Shown in pieces: positions 40,501 to 47,894 of a DNA stretch of 64,000 bases. How positions within the stretch are numbered: the stretch's first letter is position 1; each line of letters starts with the position of its first letter. The stretch spans positions 544,001-608,000 of the forward strand of contig CAXXXD010000003.1 in NCBI GenBank assembly GCA_963663385.2, read 5' to 3'. Origin of the DNA: Oceanispirochaeta sp. GTDB lineage: Bacteria > Spirochaetota > Spirochaetia > DSM-2461. The notes under the pieces were generated by a model. That model made no database searches and was not told where the DNA came from. It saw only the letters and a program-made list of their open reading frames with translations. The position numbers and the translations under genes are program-made.

Positions 40501-41276
40501 TGCAGGTGAGCAATGCCTTTTTTGGTTCGGATTACGGATTCAATCCCTACAAACCGGTTTCTGTCGAGGATAACCTGATCGCCCTGACATCCTCCTTTAC
40601 GGGAGGACTCGGACTCGACTGGACCTATGATTTTCTGGCTGTCGATATGGAGTATAGATACGCCCTGGAGGAGGATTCCCTCTTCTACGGCAGAAACCTG
40701 ACAAACGGGCATGGGGTGCAGCTCAATGCCAGTACCTACTTCCCCATACAATCCGATGACAATATCGGACCGGTAACAACAAGGACATTCGGATCCCTGA
40801 AAATCCTGCAGAGCGAAGATGTTTCCGGTACTAATCAGATCCGTCAGGTTGTGCAGGAGGTTGCCGCGGGGTATCTGGTTTCCCGGAATCCTTCCTTCAG
40901 ACTGACCCTGAACGGTCAGTTCAACTATGAGGACAGTCTGGATACGGATGTAACGGATTACTATGCACCTGATGAGGTCTATGAAGTAAAAGGAGGGCTG
41001 AGGGGAACTCTCGGTGTGCATAATGCCCAGTACACGGAAAGCGCCGAGATCAGCCTTTGGGGCAGCGCCGGAAGTTACCGGAGCGCCGGCGGGGATCCCG
41101 CTTTAAAGGTGGAGGGACAGTTAAGCGCCTACTATGTGAAAGAGACCATGATGCTCTATCTCCTTATAGGCGGGTACGGCACATATGATGAAGGGCTGGC
41201 AGATGATCCCATGTTCTGGGAACTGTCTGCTACCCTGGGATGCAAGGTAAACGTACCGTCCCTTCTGGTTCCCTAG
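37578..41276 (+). CDS. Large exported TPR protein with a putative N-terminal CBM-like domain and C-terminal beta-barrel (PelB/PgaA/BcsC-like)
   Basis: Sec signal peptide, many TPR motifs (LDPED, APDNA, DPWN) and a last ~340 aa of alternating aromatic beta-strands. GGAG RBS precedes ATG 37578. Confidence 0.7.
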   Translation: MQRTIRRNRFLIAGILFFYILLFSSALTAQENTEEQDAEALPEVPEVKLTPIFPDSEEGLIYIEGEDAVSTNFATAPIYNYGASAYRSLQLIQQNAPYGGKSYYAEYAFYVEEEGEYYFWYGGTPPGPKEDVFPSYASPFKYILDDGEAVPVYREDLSVVDAYTPSYYWMEVGKITLTEGVHKLRLEVSDKRRYDGQYYFFMDAFFFLREDLMEEELVLVPDVFPKNRLDRSLDNPFQSIAFYEGRIKEDPGNKDAYIVVSMIYSLLGDYINAIKNLNSAVNLDPEDSYPLLLMAKNRIWNGEVTAGLTLYKQLVILAPDNAAYWAEAGKVAAWTGNYRDSIDFFTRGLDKFPEDLNLKVNLGLTYLWMSRSGEAETAFSEAEESSAGNHERAMELGNIHSLNGYPQYAVEIYKKEIAQSPEYLETYLNLEKAYRDTGERDKAEELISLIYDSFEESSAFSSYMNVYEEKLQMKQDILDGYRIALDENPDNINLRQELAQTYFWNGLKEEAVDESLRILVNKMFHVFKDFDSKAEKLLTLRDKLSYTMERYHRIMDSCGDASKQLSSAQSAYKKAEAAVQKKPGDTELAAKMDEQYLIYADAYNMAQVWIDRLAEQETVLEDLKDNWESLSSAEEEDEELFRQLMGDLEWSWDRSFTKMELRQVQRDEPFLAGYILGRLALFEGRMEEAARVLSSDTFEDSPFARYGLYEALLWQNNEKKQDEMWAGEADVLTLYRQHLFDLEATAWSEPGSGSFLPDDDEVASLTGFMNQRIKEFSTDREELDKLAGKIGKAIDRKLNRSIYYLEQETYMLRFELGDYYLEMEENLKASRQFDRVLAMDPWNISANYKLGIVSQRYGNWYRAMNQYEKVYFQNPLYENAAYYYNQLARANADYVHITAQNVTDPSRIAYTGTAEYNSKVNNWLGWGLDYQLDIDRQYRTYGSEDPSSFKLHTAVFDLPLRLSDWNLQLTPFGGVQVSNAFFGSDYGFNPYKPVSVEDNLIALTSSFTGGLGLDWTYDFLAVDMEYRYALEEDSLFYGRNLTNGHGVQLNASTYFPIQSDDNIGPVTTRTFGSLKILQSEDVSGTNQIRQVVQEVAAGYLVSRNPSFRLTLNGQFNYEDSLDTDVTDYYAPDEVYEVKGGLRGTLGVHNAQYTESAEISLWGSAGSYRSAGGDPALKVEGQLSAYYVKETMMLYLLIGGYGTYDEGLADDPMFWELSATLGCKVNVPSLLVP

Positions 41277-41372
41277 ACCCCTCTCAGTCTCCCAACAGGA
41301 AAGCCTTTTATTCTACGAAGGAAGAGTCAGTACTCTTCGCCCTCTCCTGAGGAGAGGGCCGGGGAGAGGTCT
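41276..41372. repeat. REP-like composite palindromic element
   Basis: GACCCCTCTCAGTCTCCC ... GCCCTCTCC-tga-GGAGAGGGC-cggggagaggtc, between convergent genes. Confidence 0.65.
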
Positions 41373-42225
41373 AAGCGATTCTGAACAGGCTTTTACACTC
41401 CTGGAAAAGAGGATCCTTCTGAAGATCTATCATGAAACGTTCCTGAAAATAGTGCAGGTTGTTCAGGGTTAATCCGCTGTAGAGCAGAAAAGGTTTTAGG
41501 ACCGTCTGAACTTCTTCGGAGAATTCAAACTCGTGGAGAGTGGTTGTCAATATATCAGAAATAGATATAAGAACAATTAGTTCTTTATGGGGAGACTGGA
41601 TATTGCTGTTGCCGTGTTCTCCGGCCACATCGGCATAGATGCTGGGGAAATTCCAGCTTTCCATGATTTTCCGTCCCACACTCAGATGGTCTGCTCCATA
41701 AATTCTGATTTCCTCTTTGCAGGTGAGCCTTTCGTTGAGGTTCATAAATTCCATAACGCCATCATAGTTGCCGGGTTTTGACTCATAAAGGGCAAGCTGT
41801 CCGATATCATGGAGGAGTCCGGCCAGGAAAACTTCTTCCTTCCAGCGGGACTGTCCTGCAATATCCGAAAGTTTCCTGGCAATAAAAGCCGTTATAAGGG
41901 AGTGCTGCCAGAAATATTTGTAAAAGGGCGTTACCGTATTCTTCTGAAACATATTGGAGGCTGTAATCAGCATCACAAGGCTTTTGATCGCTTTAAATCC
42001 CATCAGGGAAATGGCTGTCTGCAATTTTGTTATCTGCTGCTGTCTGGCATACAGAGCCGAATTGGCAACCTTCAGTATTTTTGCTGTAAGACCCGGATCA
42101 AGGCTTATCAGATCCTCCAGCTCCGAAAATGAAACATCTCCCAGATCTTCTGCATAAGTCAGTATCTTGGTCGCCACATCAGGCATTATGGGGATATTCT
42201 TTAGAAATTTGTCATAATTATCCAT
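41371..42225 (-). CDS. HDOD domain protein
   Basis: Motifs DPGLTAKILKVANS, AISLMG, FWQHS, AGLLHDIG and GADH..G. Confidence 0.92.
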   Translation of the reverse strand: MDNYDKFLKNIPIMPDVATKILTYAEDLGDVSFSELEDLISLDPGLTAKILKVANSALYARQQQITKLQTAISLMGFKAIKSLVMLITASNMFQKNTVTPFYKYFWQHSLITAFIARKLSDIAGQSRWKEEVFLAGLLHDIGQLALYESKPGNYDGVMEFMNLNERLTCKEEIRIYGADHLSVGRKIMESWNFPSIYADVAGEHGNSNIQSPHKELIVLISISDILTTTLHEFEFSEEVQTVLKPFLLYSGLTLNNLHYFQERFMIDLQKDPLFQECKSLFRIA

Positions 42226-42302
42226 TACTTTATTAATCGTTCCAATTTTAAATATTTATAAGTATTATTATGTATGAACGGTTAAGTTACAAGGAGTGTG
42301 TC

Positions 42303-43304
42303 ATGTCTGATCTGAAATGGGGTGTGTTAAGTACTGCGCTTATTGGAATAAAAAAAGCTATACCGGGTATTCAGAACTCCCGGGGAAATACCGTCCATGC
42401 CATAGCATCGAGAAACAGCAGCACCGCAGCACAAGCCGCCAGAGAAGCAGGAATCCCTGTTTCATACGGCAGTTATGAAGAGCTGCTTTCGGATAAGGAT
42501 ATAGATGCTGTATATATTCCCCTGCCAAACCATATGCATGTGGAGTGGAGTATGAAAGCCATGGAAGCGGGGAAACATGTTCTCTGCGAAAAGCCTATAG
42601 CCCTGTGTTCCGGGGATATCCGGAAGCTGAAAGATGTCAGTCTGAAAACAGGAAAGATTATTTCAGAAGCTTTCATGGTTAAGCATCACCCTCAATGGCA
42701 GACGGCGAGACAGGTTGTTCAGAAGGGAACCCTGGGGGAATTAAAAGCAATTCAGGGGGTATTCAGCTATTTCAACAGAGACGAAGGGAATATCCGGAAT
42801 ATTCCGGAATACGGCGGAGGCGGTATTCTGGACATAGGCTGTTATCCTGTGGTAACCTCGCGCTATATTTTTAATGAGGAGCCCCTGCGTGTCATAGCTC
42901 TTCTGGAAAAGGATCCGGAATTCAGAATAGATCGACTGGGATCTGTTATTATGGAATTCCCTTCCGGACAGGCCTCTTTTGTCTGTTCAACACAGATGGT
43001 ACCCTTTCAGAGGATGAACATTATAGGAACAAAAGGACGCCTTGAAATCGAGATTCCTTTCAATGCTCCGCCGGACAGAAAGACCCATATGTTCCTTTCC
43101 AAGGGAGAGTTCTATCAGGCGGAGAACCAGCTGCTTGATTTTGATATCTGTGATCAGTACGGGCTGCAGGCGGAATCTTTTGCCAGAGCTGTCAGGAAAG
43201 GGGATGAACTGGTTATGACTATGGAGGATTCCATCCGGAATATGAAAGTTCTGGAAGCAATCTTCCGGTCAGCCGAATCAGGCCGGTTTGAGGCCGTTTT
43301 ATAA
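42303..43304 (+). CDS. Gfo/Idh/MocA family oxidoreductase
   Basis: Motifs VYIPLPNH.H, KHVLCEKP and GGG.LDIGCY. AGGAG RBS. Confidence 0.92.
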   Translation: MSDLKWGVLSTALIGIKKAIPGIQNSRGNTVHAIASRNSSTAAQAAREAGIPVSYGSYEELLSDKDIDAVYIPLPNHMHVEWSMKAMEAGKHVLCEKPIALCSGDIRKLKDVSLKTGKIISEAFMVKHHPQWQTARQVVQKGTLGELKAIQGVFSYFNRDEGNIRNIPEYGGGGILDIGCYPVVTSRYIFNEEPLRVIALLEKDPEFRIDRLGSVIMEFPSGQASFVCSTQMVPFQRMNIIGTKGRLEIEIPFNAPPDRKTHMFLSKGEFYQAENQLLDFDICDQYGLQAESFARAVRKGDELVMTMEDSIRNMKVLEAIFRSAESGRFEAVL

Positions 43305-43399
43305 TTGTAATAATGATTGAAATTATAGAACATAGGAATTATGTTATTAGCATAGAATATATATTTATTAATATTTAAAAATATACGGAGGAACTCAGT

Positions 43400-43684
43400 A
43401 TGGTAAAACATGTTGTCATGTGGAAATTGAAGGATAAAAACAGAGCGGAAGAGCTAAAAGACGCAATATATTCCATGAAGGGGAAGGTTTCTTCAATGGT
43501 TGATGTAGAATGCGGAATTAACTTTAACCCCGGAGAAGCTGCATGTGATCTTGTTCTGATATCGACCCATAACAGCCGTACCGAACTGGATACCTACCAG
43601 GATGATCCCCTGCATGGGGAGATTAAAAAGATTGTCGGACCTGCCGCGATGTCCCGCCATGTCACTGATTTTGAAATGGATTAA
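43400..43684 (+). CDS. Dabb (stress-responsive A/B barrel) family protein
   Basis: Motifs VKHVVMWKLK, G.N, DLVL.S and Y..DPLH. Confidence 0.88.
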   Translation: MVKHVVMWKLKDKNRAEELKDAIYSMKGKVSSMVDVECGINFNPGEAACDLVLISTHNSRTELDTYQDDPLHGEIKKIVGPAAMSRHVTDFEMD

Positions 43685-43715
43685 CGGATTCTAGGAGACA
43701 TAAGGATAAAACAGG

Positions 43716-44945
43716 ATGCAGGGAAGACTGAATAAAATTCTGCAGATTGACCAGGATCTGAACCGGATCCAGGATGTGGATATGCTGCTGGAGAGGATAC
43801 TGTATTACGCCAGGCAGGCTGTTTCTGCGGATGCCGGATCGATATATATCAAGGATGGGAATGAGCTTGAAATCCGCCACTCCCAGAATGATACCCTCCA
43901 GAAAAAGCTGGCCCCCGGAAAGAAGCTGATCTATTCTATTTTCCGGATTCCCATAAATGAAAAATCCATCTCCGGATTTGTGGCAGACAGGGAGACCCAT
44001 CTGAATATACCGGATATGTACAATATCCCCGAAAGCTGTCCCTACAGTTTCAGCACCCATTATGATGAGGTATCAGGATACAAAACCGTTTCTTCTCTTA
44101 CCTTCCCCCTTAAAACAAATCAGGGAGAGCTGCTGGGAGTTCTTCAGCTGCTGAATGCCAAAGGGAAAAACGGGAAAATCGTTCCCTTTATGAAAGAGGA
44201 TGAACCTTTTGTCCTTCATTTCGCCAGTTCGGCTACTGTGGCCCTGCAGCGGACCCGTATGACCCGAACTCTCCTGCTGAGGATGATACAGATGGCAGGA
44301 CTCCGGGATCCCAAGGAGACGGGAGCCCATGTTAACCGGGTGGGAGCTATCTCCTGTGAAATCTATGAGGCCTGGGCTGTAAAGAATAAAGTACCGGAAG
44401 AACAGATTCAGAAAGAGAAGGATATCCTCCGTATGGCATCCATGCTCCATGATGTGGGTAAGGTGGGGATTTCCGATCTGATTTTGAAAAAGCCCGCCCG
44501 TTTTACCGACGAAGAATACTATATCATGCAGTCTCATTCCTATATCGGAGCCAGGCTTTTCGATAACAAGCAGTCCGATCTGGATATTATCGCCAGGGAT
44601 ATTGCCCTGCGGCATCATGAAAACTGGGATGGCACGGGATACCCGGGGAAAATTCCCTGGCATGAATATGACTCTCTGGAGGAAACAATCGGCAGCGCAT
44701 CGGAAAAACCGGAAGGCCTAAAGGGCGGGGAAATCCCTTTTTTTGCCAGGATTGTCGCTCTGGCGGATGTTTATGACGCCCTCTCTTCCAAAAGGGTCTA
44801 TAAAGAGGCCTGGACAGAAGATGATGTTCTTAACGAGATCCGCCGCTGCAGAGGAACGAAGTTCGACCCCGAGCTGGTGGATATATTCTTTGAAATTGTT
44901 CCCATGCTGCACCATATTCAGGAAAAATATCCGGATAGTGAGTAG
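43716..44945 (+). CDS. GAF + HD-GYP cyclic-dinucleotide phosphodiesterase
   Basis: GAF domain followed by ETGAHV.R, LHDVGK, HHENWDGTGYP and ADVYDAL. Confidence 0.92.
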   Translation: MQGRLNKILQIDQDLNRIQDVDMLLERILYYARQAVSADAGSIYIKDGNELEIRHSQNDTLQKKLAPGKKLIYSIFRIPINEKSISGFVADRETHLNIPDMYNIPESCPYSFSTHYDEVSGYKTVSSLTFPLKTNQGELLGVLQLLNAKGKNGKIVPFMKEDEPFVLHFASSATVALQRTRMTRTLLLRMIQMAGLRDPKETGAHVNRVGAISCEIYEAWAVKNKVPEEQIQKEKDILRMASMLHDVGKVGISDLILKKPARFTDEEYYIMQSHSYIGARLFDNKQSDLDIIARDIALRHHENWDGTGYPGKIPWHEYDSLEETIGSASEKPEGLKGGEIPFFARIVALADVYDALSSKRVYKEAWTEDDVLNEIRRCRGTKFDPELVDIFFEIVPMLHHIQEKYPDSE

Positions 44946-44979
44946 ATCAGTTGATTTTTCTCTTTGAGGACTCTCCCTG

Positions 44980-45942
44980 ATGGACAGAATTATACTGGCT
45001 CCCCTTGAAGGAATGACCGATTCGGTTTTCCGTCAGTGTTACTACAGACATTTTAAGGGACTGGATGAAGCTGTTACTCCGTTTCTGCCGGTACCGGACA
45101 GTGTTGTCAAAGTGCCCCGGAGATCTTTTCGGGATGTGGCTCTTCCGGGAGAATCCCCGGTTCCCGAAATTCCTCAGCTGCTTCTCTCTTCGAAGGAGTC
45201 CTTTCTGATAGCAGGCCGTTCTCTGGCGGATGCCGGTTATACCGAAGTGAACTGGAATCTGGGCTGTCCTTCAAAGGGGGTTGTCAATAAAGGCAAAGGC
45301 GCCGGCATGATGCCCTATACAGAAGATATTCTCTCGCTTCTGGATTATATACTTCCCCTTGTACCCTTAAAAATTTCCCTGAAAATCCGCCTGGGTATGC
45401 ACCACCCCTCTGAATCGGAAAAACTGGTTGACCGTCTGAATGACTACCCGATCAAAGAGCTGATATGCCATCCCCGACTGGGATCGGCCCTGTACAGAGG
45501 AGAACCTGACCTTAATGGCTTTTCCCGTATCAGGGACCGCTGTCGTCTGCCTCTGGTTTATAATGGGGATATCCTTTCAATCGAAGATTTCCTGAAGTTG
45601 AAAAAACGTTTTCCCTCCCTTTCGGGATGGATGATAGGGCGGGGAATACTCCGTAATCCTTTTCTTCCCGAACAGATCAGGGATTGGGGGAACGGGCATT
45701 CTGATTCCTGCCACAGGGATTTTTATCCTCTGAAAGAGGAGCGGTTCCGTATTTTTCTTGCAGATTTATACAACGCCTATAAATCCGGAATTCCCTCGGT
45801 TAAACACAGAACAAACTGGATGAAGGGAATTCTGTTTCTGATTATCAAAGGTTCAGCAGCAGAGAATAGAATAAAAGCAAAACTGAGGGATATGGGGGAT
45901 GAAAAGGATTTTTTCCGTTTACTGGATGAGCTTTTTCAGTAA
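44980..45942 (+). CDS. tRNA-dihydrouridine synthase family protein
   Basis: Motifs LAPLEG, NLGCP, KIRLG, HPR, YNGDI and MIGRG. Confidence 0.9.
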   Translation: MDRIILAPLEGMTDSVFRQCYYRHFKGLDEAVTPFLPVPDSVVKVPRRSFRDVALPGESPVPEIPQLLLSSKESFLIAGRSLADAGYTEVNWNLGCPSKGVVNKGKGAGMMPYTEDILSLLDYILPLVPLKISLKIRLGMHHPSESEKLVDRLNDYPIKELICHPRLGSALYRGEPDLNGFSRIRDRCRLPLVYNGDILSIEDFLKLKKRFPSLSGWMIGRGILRNPFLPEQIRDWGNGHSDSCHRDFYPLKEERFRIFLADLYNAYKSGIPSVKHRTNWMKGILFLIIKGSAAENRIKAKLRDMGDEKDFFRLLDELFQ

Positions 45943-46277
45943 ACCGCTTTAAGTCCTTCCCTGAAGAGATTACCGCAGGCTGTGAACATGGCATTTCTGG
46001 TTTTCATAATTATAATACCGCTCTCGTCGGCCAAACGGATCATATTGGGAGTAATTTCTTTATCTCTTACAAAAAGAATACAGGATATATCTGCCATTTC
46101 GGCTGTACGGATTGCCTGAATATTAGCCAGACCGGTTATAAGAACGGCATCATCGGCTTCTACAGTCAGTACGTCACTCATTAAATCCGAACTGAAGGCT
46201 TGTACGATTTCCCTGTCATCCAGGGTTCCGCATACAAGTTCCGCTTCGGTGATTGCCAGAATTTCTTCTAATTTCAT
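45936..46277 (-). CDS. DRTGG domain protein
   Basis: Motifs SDLMSDVL, LITGL.N.QAIRTAEM. Start moved to ATG 46277 after AGGAG. Confidence 0.85.
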   Translation of the reverse strand: MKLEEILAITEAELVCGTLDDREIVQAFSSDLMSDVLTVEADDAVLITGLANIQAIRTAEMADISCILFVRDKEITPNMIRLADESGIIIMKTRNAMFTACGNLFREGLKAVY

Positions 46278-46448
46278 TCTTTCTCCTGATTCTAAAATCA
46301 TCATATAAGGAATTATGAACTTTATCAATCATCCCTTCCCAGTTTGTTCCTTATCCCGGAAAACTCAACTCTGAAGATGCTATAAAAGTTACAGATTGCG
46401 GGGATAGGAGTATATTTGATAAAAACGGATGTATTTTTATTCAACTTC

Positions 46449-46477
46449 TTGCATATTCCGAAAAGTTACGGTAATAT
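46449..46477 (+). promoter_or_regulatory. Candidate sigma70 promoter for the TAXI-TRAP operon
   Basis: TTGCAT-N17-TAATAT. Confidence 0.4.
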
Positions 46478-46812
46478 TTTTTGTTATCTTACCGGTATCT
46501 TAAACTCCGGTAGCTTCAACAATCATCTGTTTTCAACCTATTAACTGCCTAGTTAATCAAGTACTGCGGCGGTTCTTGCACGGATATGTTTAACAATATA
46601 GGGATCTTTTTCCCGGATTATCGTTATCAGAGAGTTCATTCCGGTATTACCGGCTCAATCTCCTGAGTTTGAATTTCTTTTCATATAGACCGGATGGTTT
46701 GTCCCGGCGGTCTTTAGCGGATTATTTCGGGTTCCGCCCCATTAAACATCTGGATTTATTTGGATTATATATCCATATGATAAATATACAACCAATTTGG
46801 AGGAATGTAAGA

Positions 46813-47802
46813 ATGAAAAAGGCATTCAGTATAGCTGCAATAGCTCTGGTTTTCAGTGTGCTCTTTACGGGCTGTGAAAAAAAAGAAGCGGGAGAGGCAG
46901 CTCCGCAGAGAACTTTTGTTACCATTGGAACAGGCGGTGTAACCGGTGTGTACTACCCTACCGGTGGAGCGATAAGCAAGATGGTTAACCAGAACTTCGA
47001 TACATACGGAATCAAGGCAACCGTTGAATCCACAGGCGGATCAGTATTCAATGTCAATGCCATTATGGCGGGTGATCTGGAGTTCGGTATCGTTCAGTCC
47101 GACAAACAGTATCAGGCCTATAACGGAACAGCCGACTGGGAATCTGCCGGAAAGCAGGAAAAACTCAGAGCCGTGTTCTCTATCCACCCCGAATGCGTCA
47201 CCATGCTTGCAGCAGATGACTCGGGTATTGAAAAATTCGAAGATATTGTCGGCAAGGTTATCAATATCGGAAACCCCGGATCCGGTCAGAGGGGGAATGC
47301 CCAGGATATTATGGAAGCCTATGGTATCGACTGGGAGAAGGATATTAAAGCAGAAGGCCTGAAGGCATCCGAAGCAGCCAAAATGCTTCAGGACGGCAGA
47401 ATAGATGCTTACTTCTATACTGTCGGGCACCCCAACGGTTCCTTTAAGGAAGCCACCTCCGGCGCCAGAAAAGCCCACTTTGTGCCCATTACCAAAATCG
47501 ACGGCCTGCTGGCTGACTTTCCCTACTATGCGGCATCCTATATTCCCGTTAAGGAATATCCCAATGCAACCAATACGAGCGATATTGATACATTCGGTGT
47601 AAAAGCGACACTGTGTACATCATCCGATGTTCCCGATGACGTTGTTTACGCCATTACCAGGGAAGTCTTTGAAAATCTTGAGGATTTCAAAAAACTGCAT
47701 CCTGCTTTTGCTGTACTGACAAAGGAAAGCATGCTGACCGGTCTTTCTGCACCGATTCACGACGGTGCCATGAAGTACTTTAAGGAAGTCGGGCTGAAAT
47801 AA
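46813..47802 (+). CDS. TAXI-family TRAP solute-binding lipoprotein
   Basis: FTG-C lipobox and motifs TIGTGGVTGVYYP.G, STGGS..N, GNPGSG and PIHDGA.KY. Confidence 0.93.
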   Translation: MKKAFSIAAIALVFSVLFTGCEKKEAGEAAPQRTFVTIGTGGVTGVYYPTGGAISKMVNQNFDTYGIKATVESTGGSVFNVNAIMAGDLEFGIVQSDKQYQAYNGTADWESAGKQEKLRAVFSIHPECVTMLAADDSGIEKFEDIVGKVINIGNPGSGQRGNAQDIMEAYGIDWEKDIKAEGLKASEAAKMLQDGRIDAYFYTVGHPNGSFKEATSGARKAHFVPITKIDGLLADFPYYAASYIPVKEYPNATNTSDIDTFGVKATLCTSSDVPDDVVYAITREVFENLEDFKKLHPAFAVLTKESMLTGLSAPIHDGAMKYFKEVGLK

Positions 47803-47823
47803 GCCATTTTTCATTGAAGGGTA

Positions 47824-47861
47824 GGCAGAATGCCCGTTACCTGACGTGACGGGCTTCTGTC
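47824..47861 (+). other. Intercistronic stem-loop (possible mRNA stabiliser or attenuator)
   Basis: GCAGAA-TGCCCGTTAC-loop-GTGACGGGC-TTCTGT between the binding-protein and permease genes. Confidence 0.55.
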
Positions 47862-47894
47862 TTATCGCCTCTGATTTAAAGGAATCTTTCTCTT

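Noticed and set aside
46566..46580. Sigma54 promoter (CGGCGGTTCTTGCA)
   Set aside because: The GG-to-GC spacing is 8 nt rather than the required 10.
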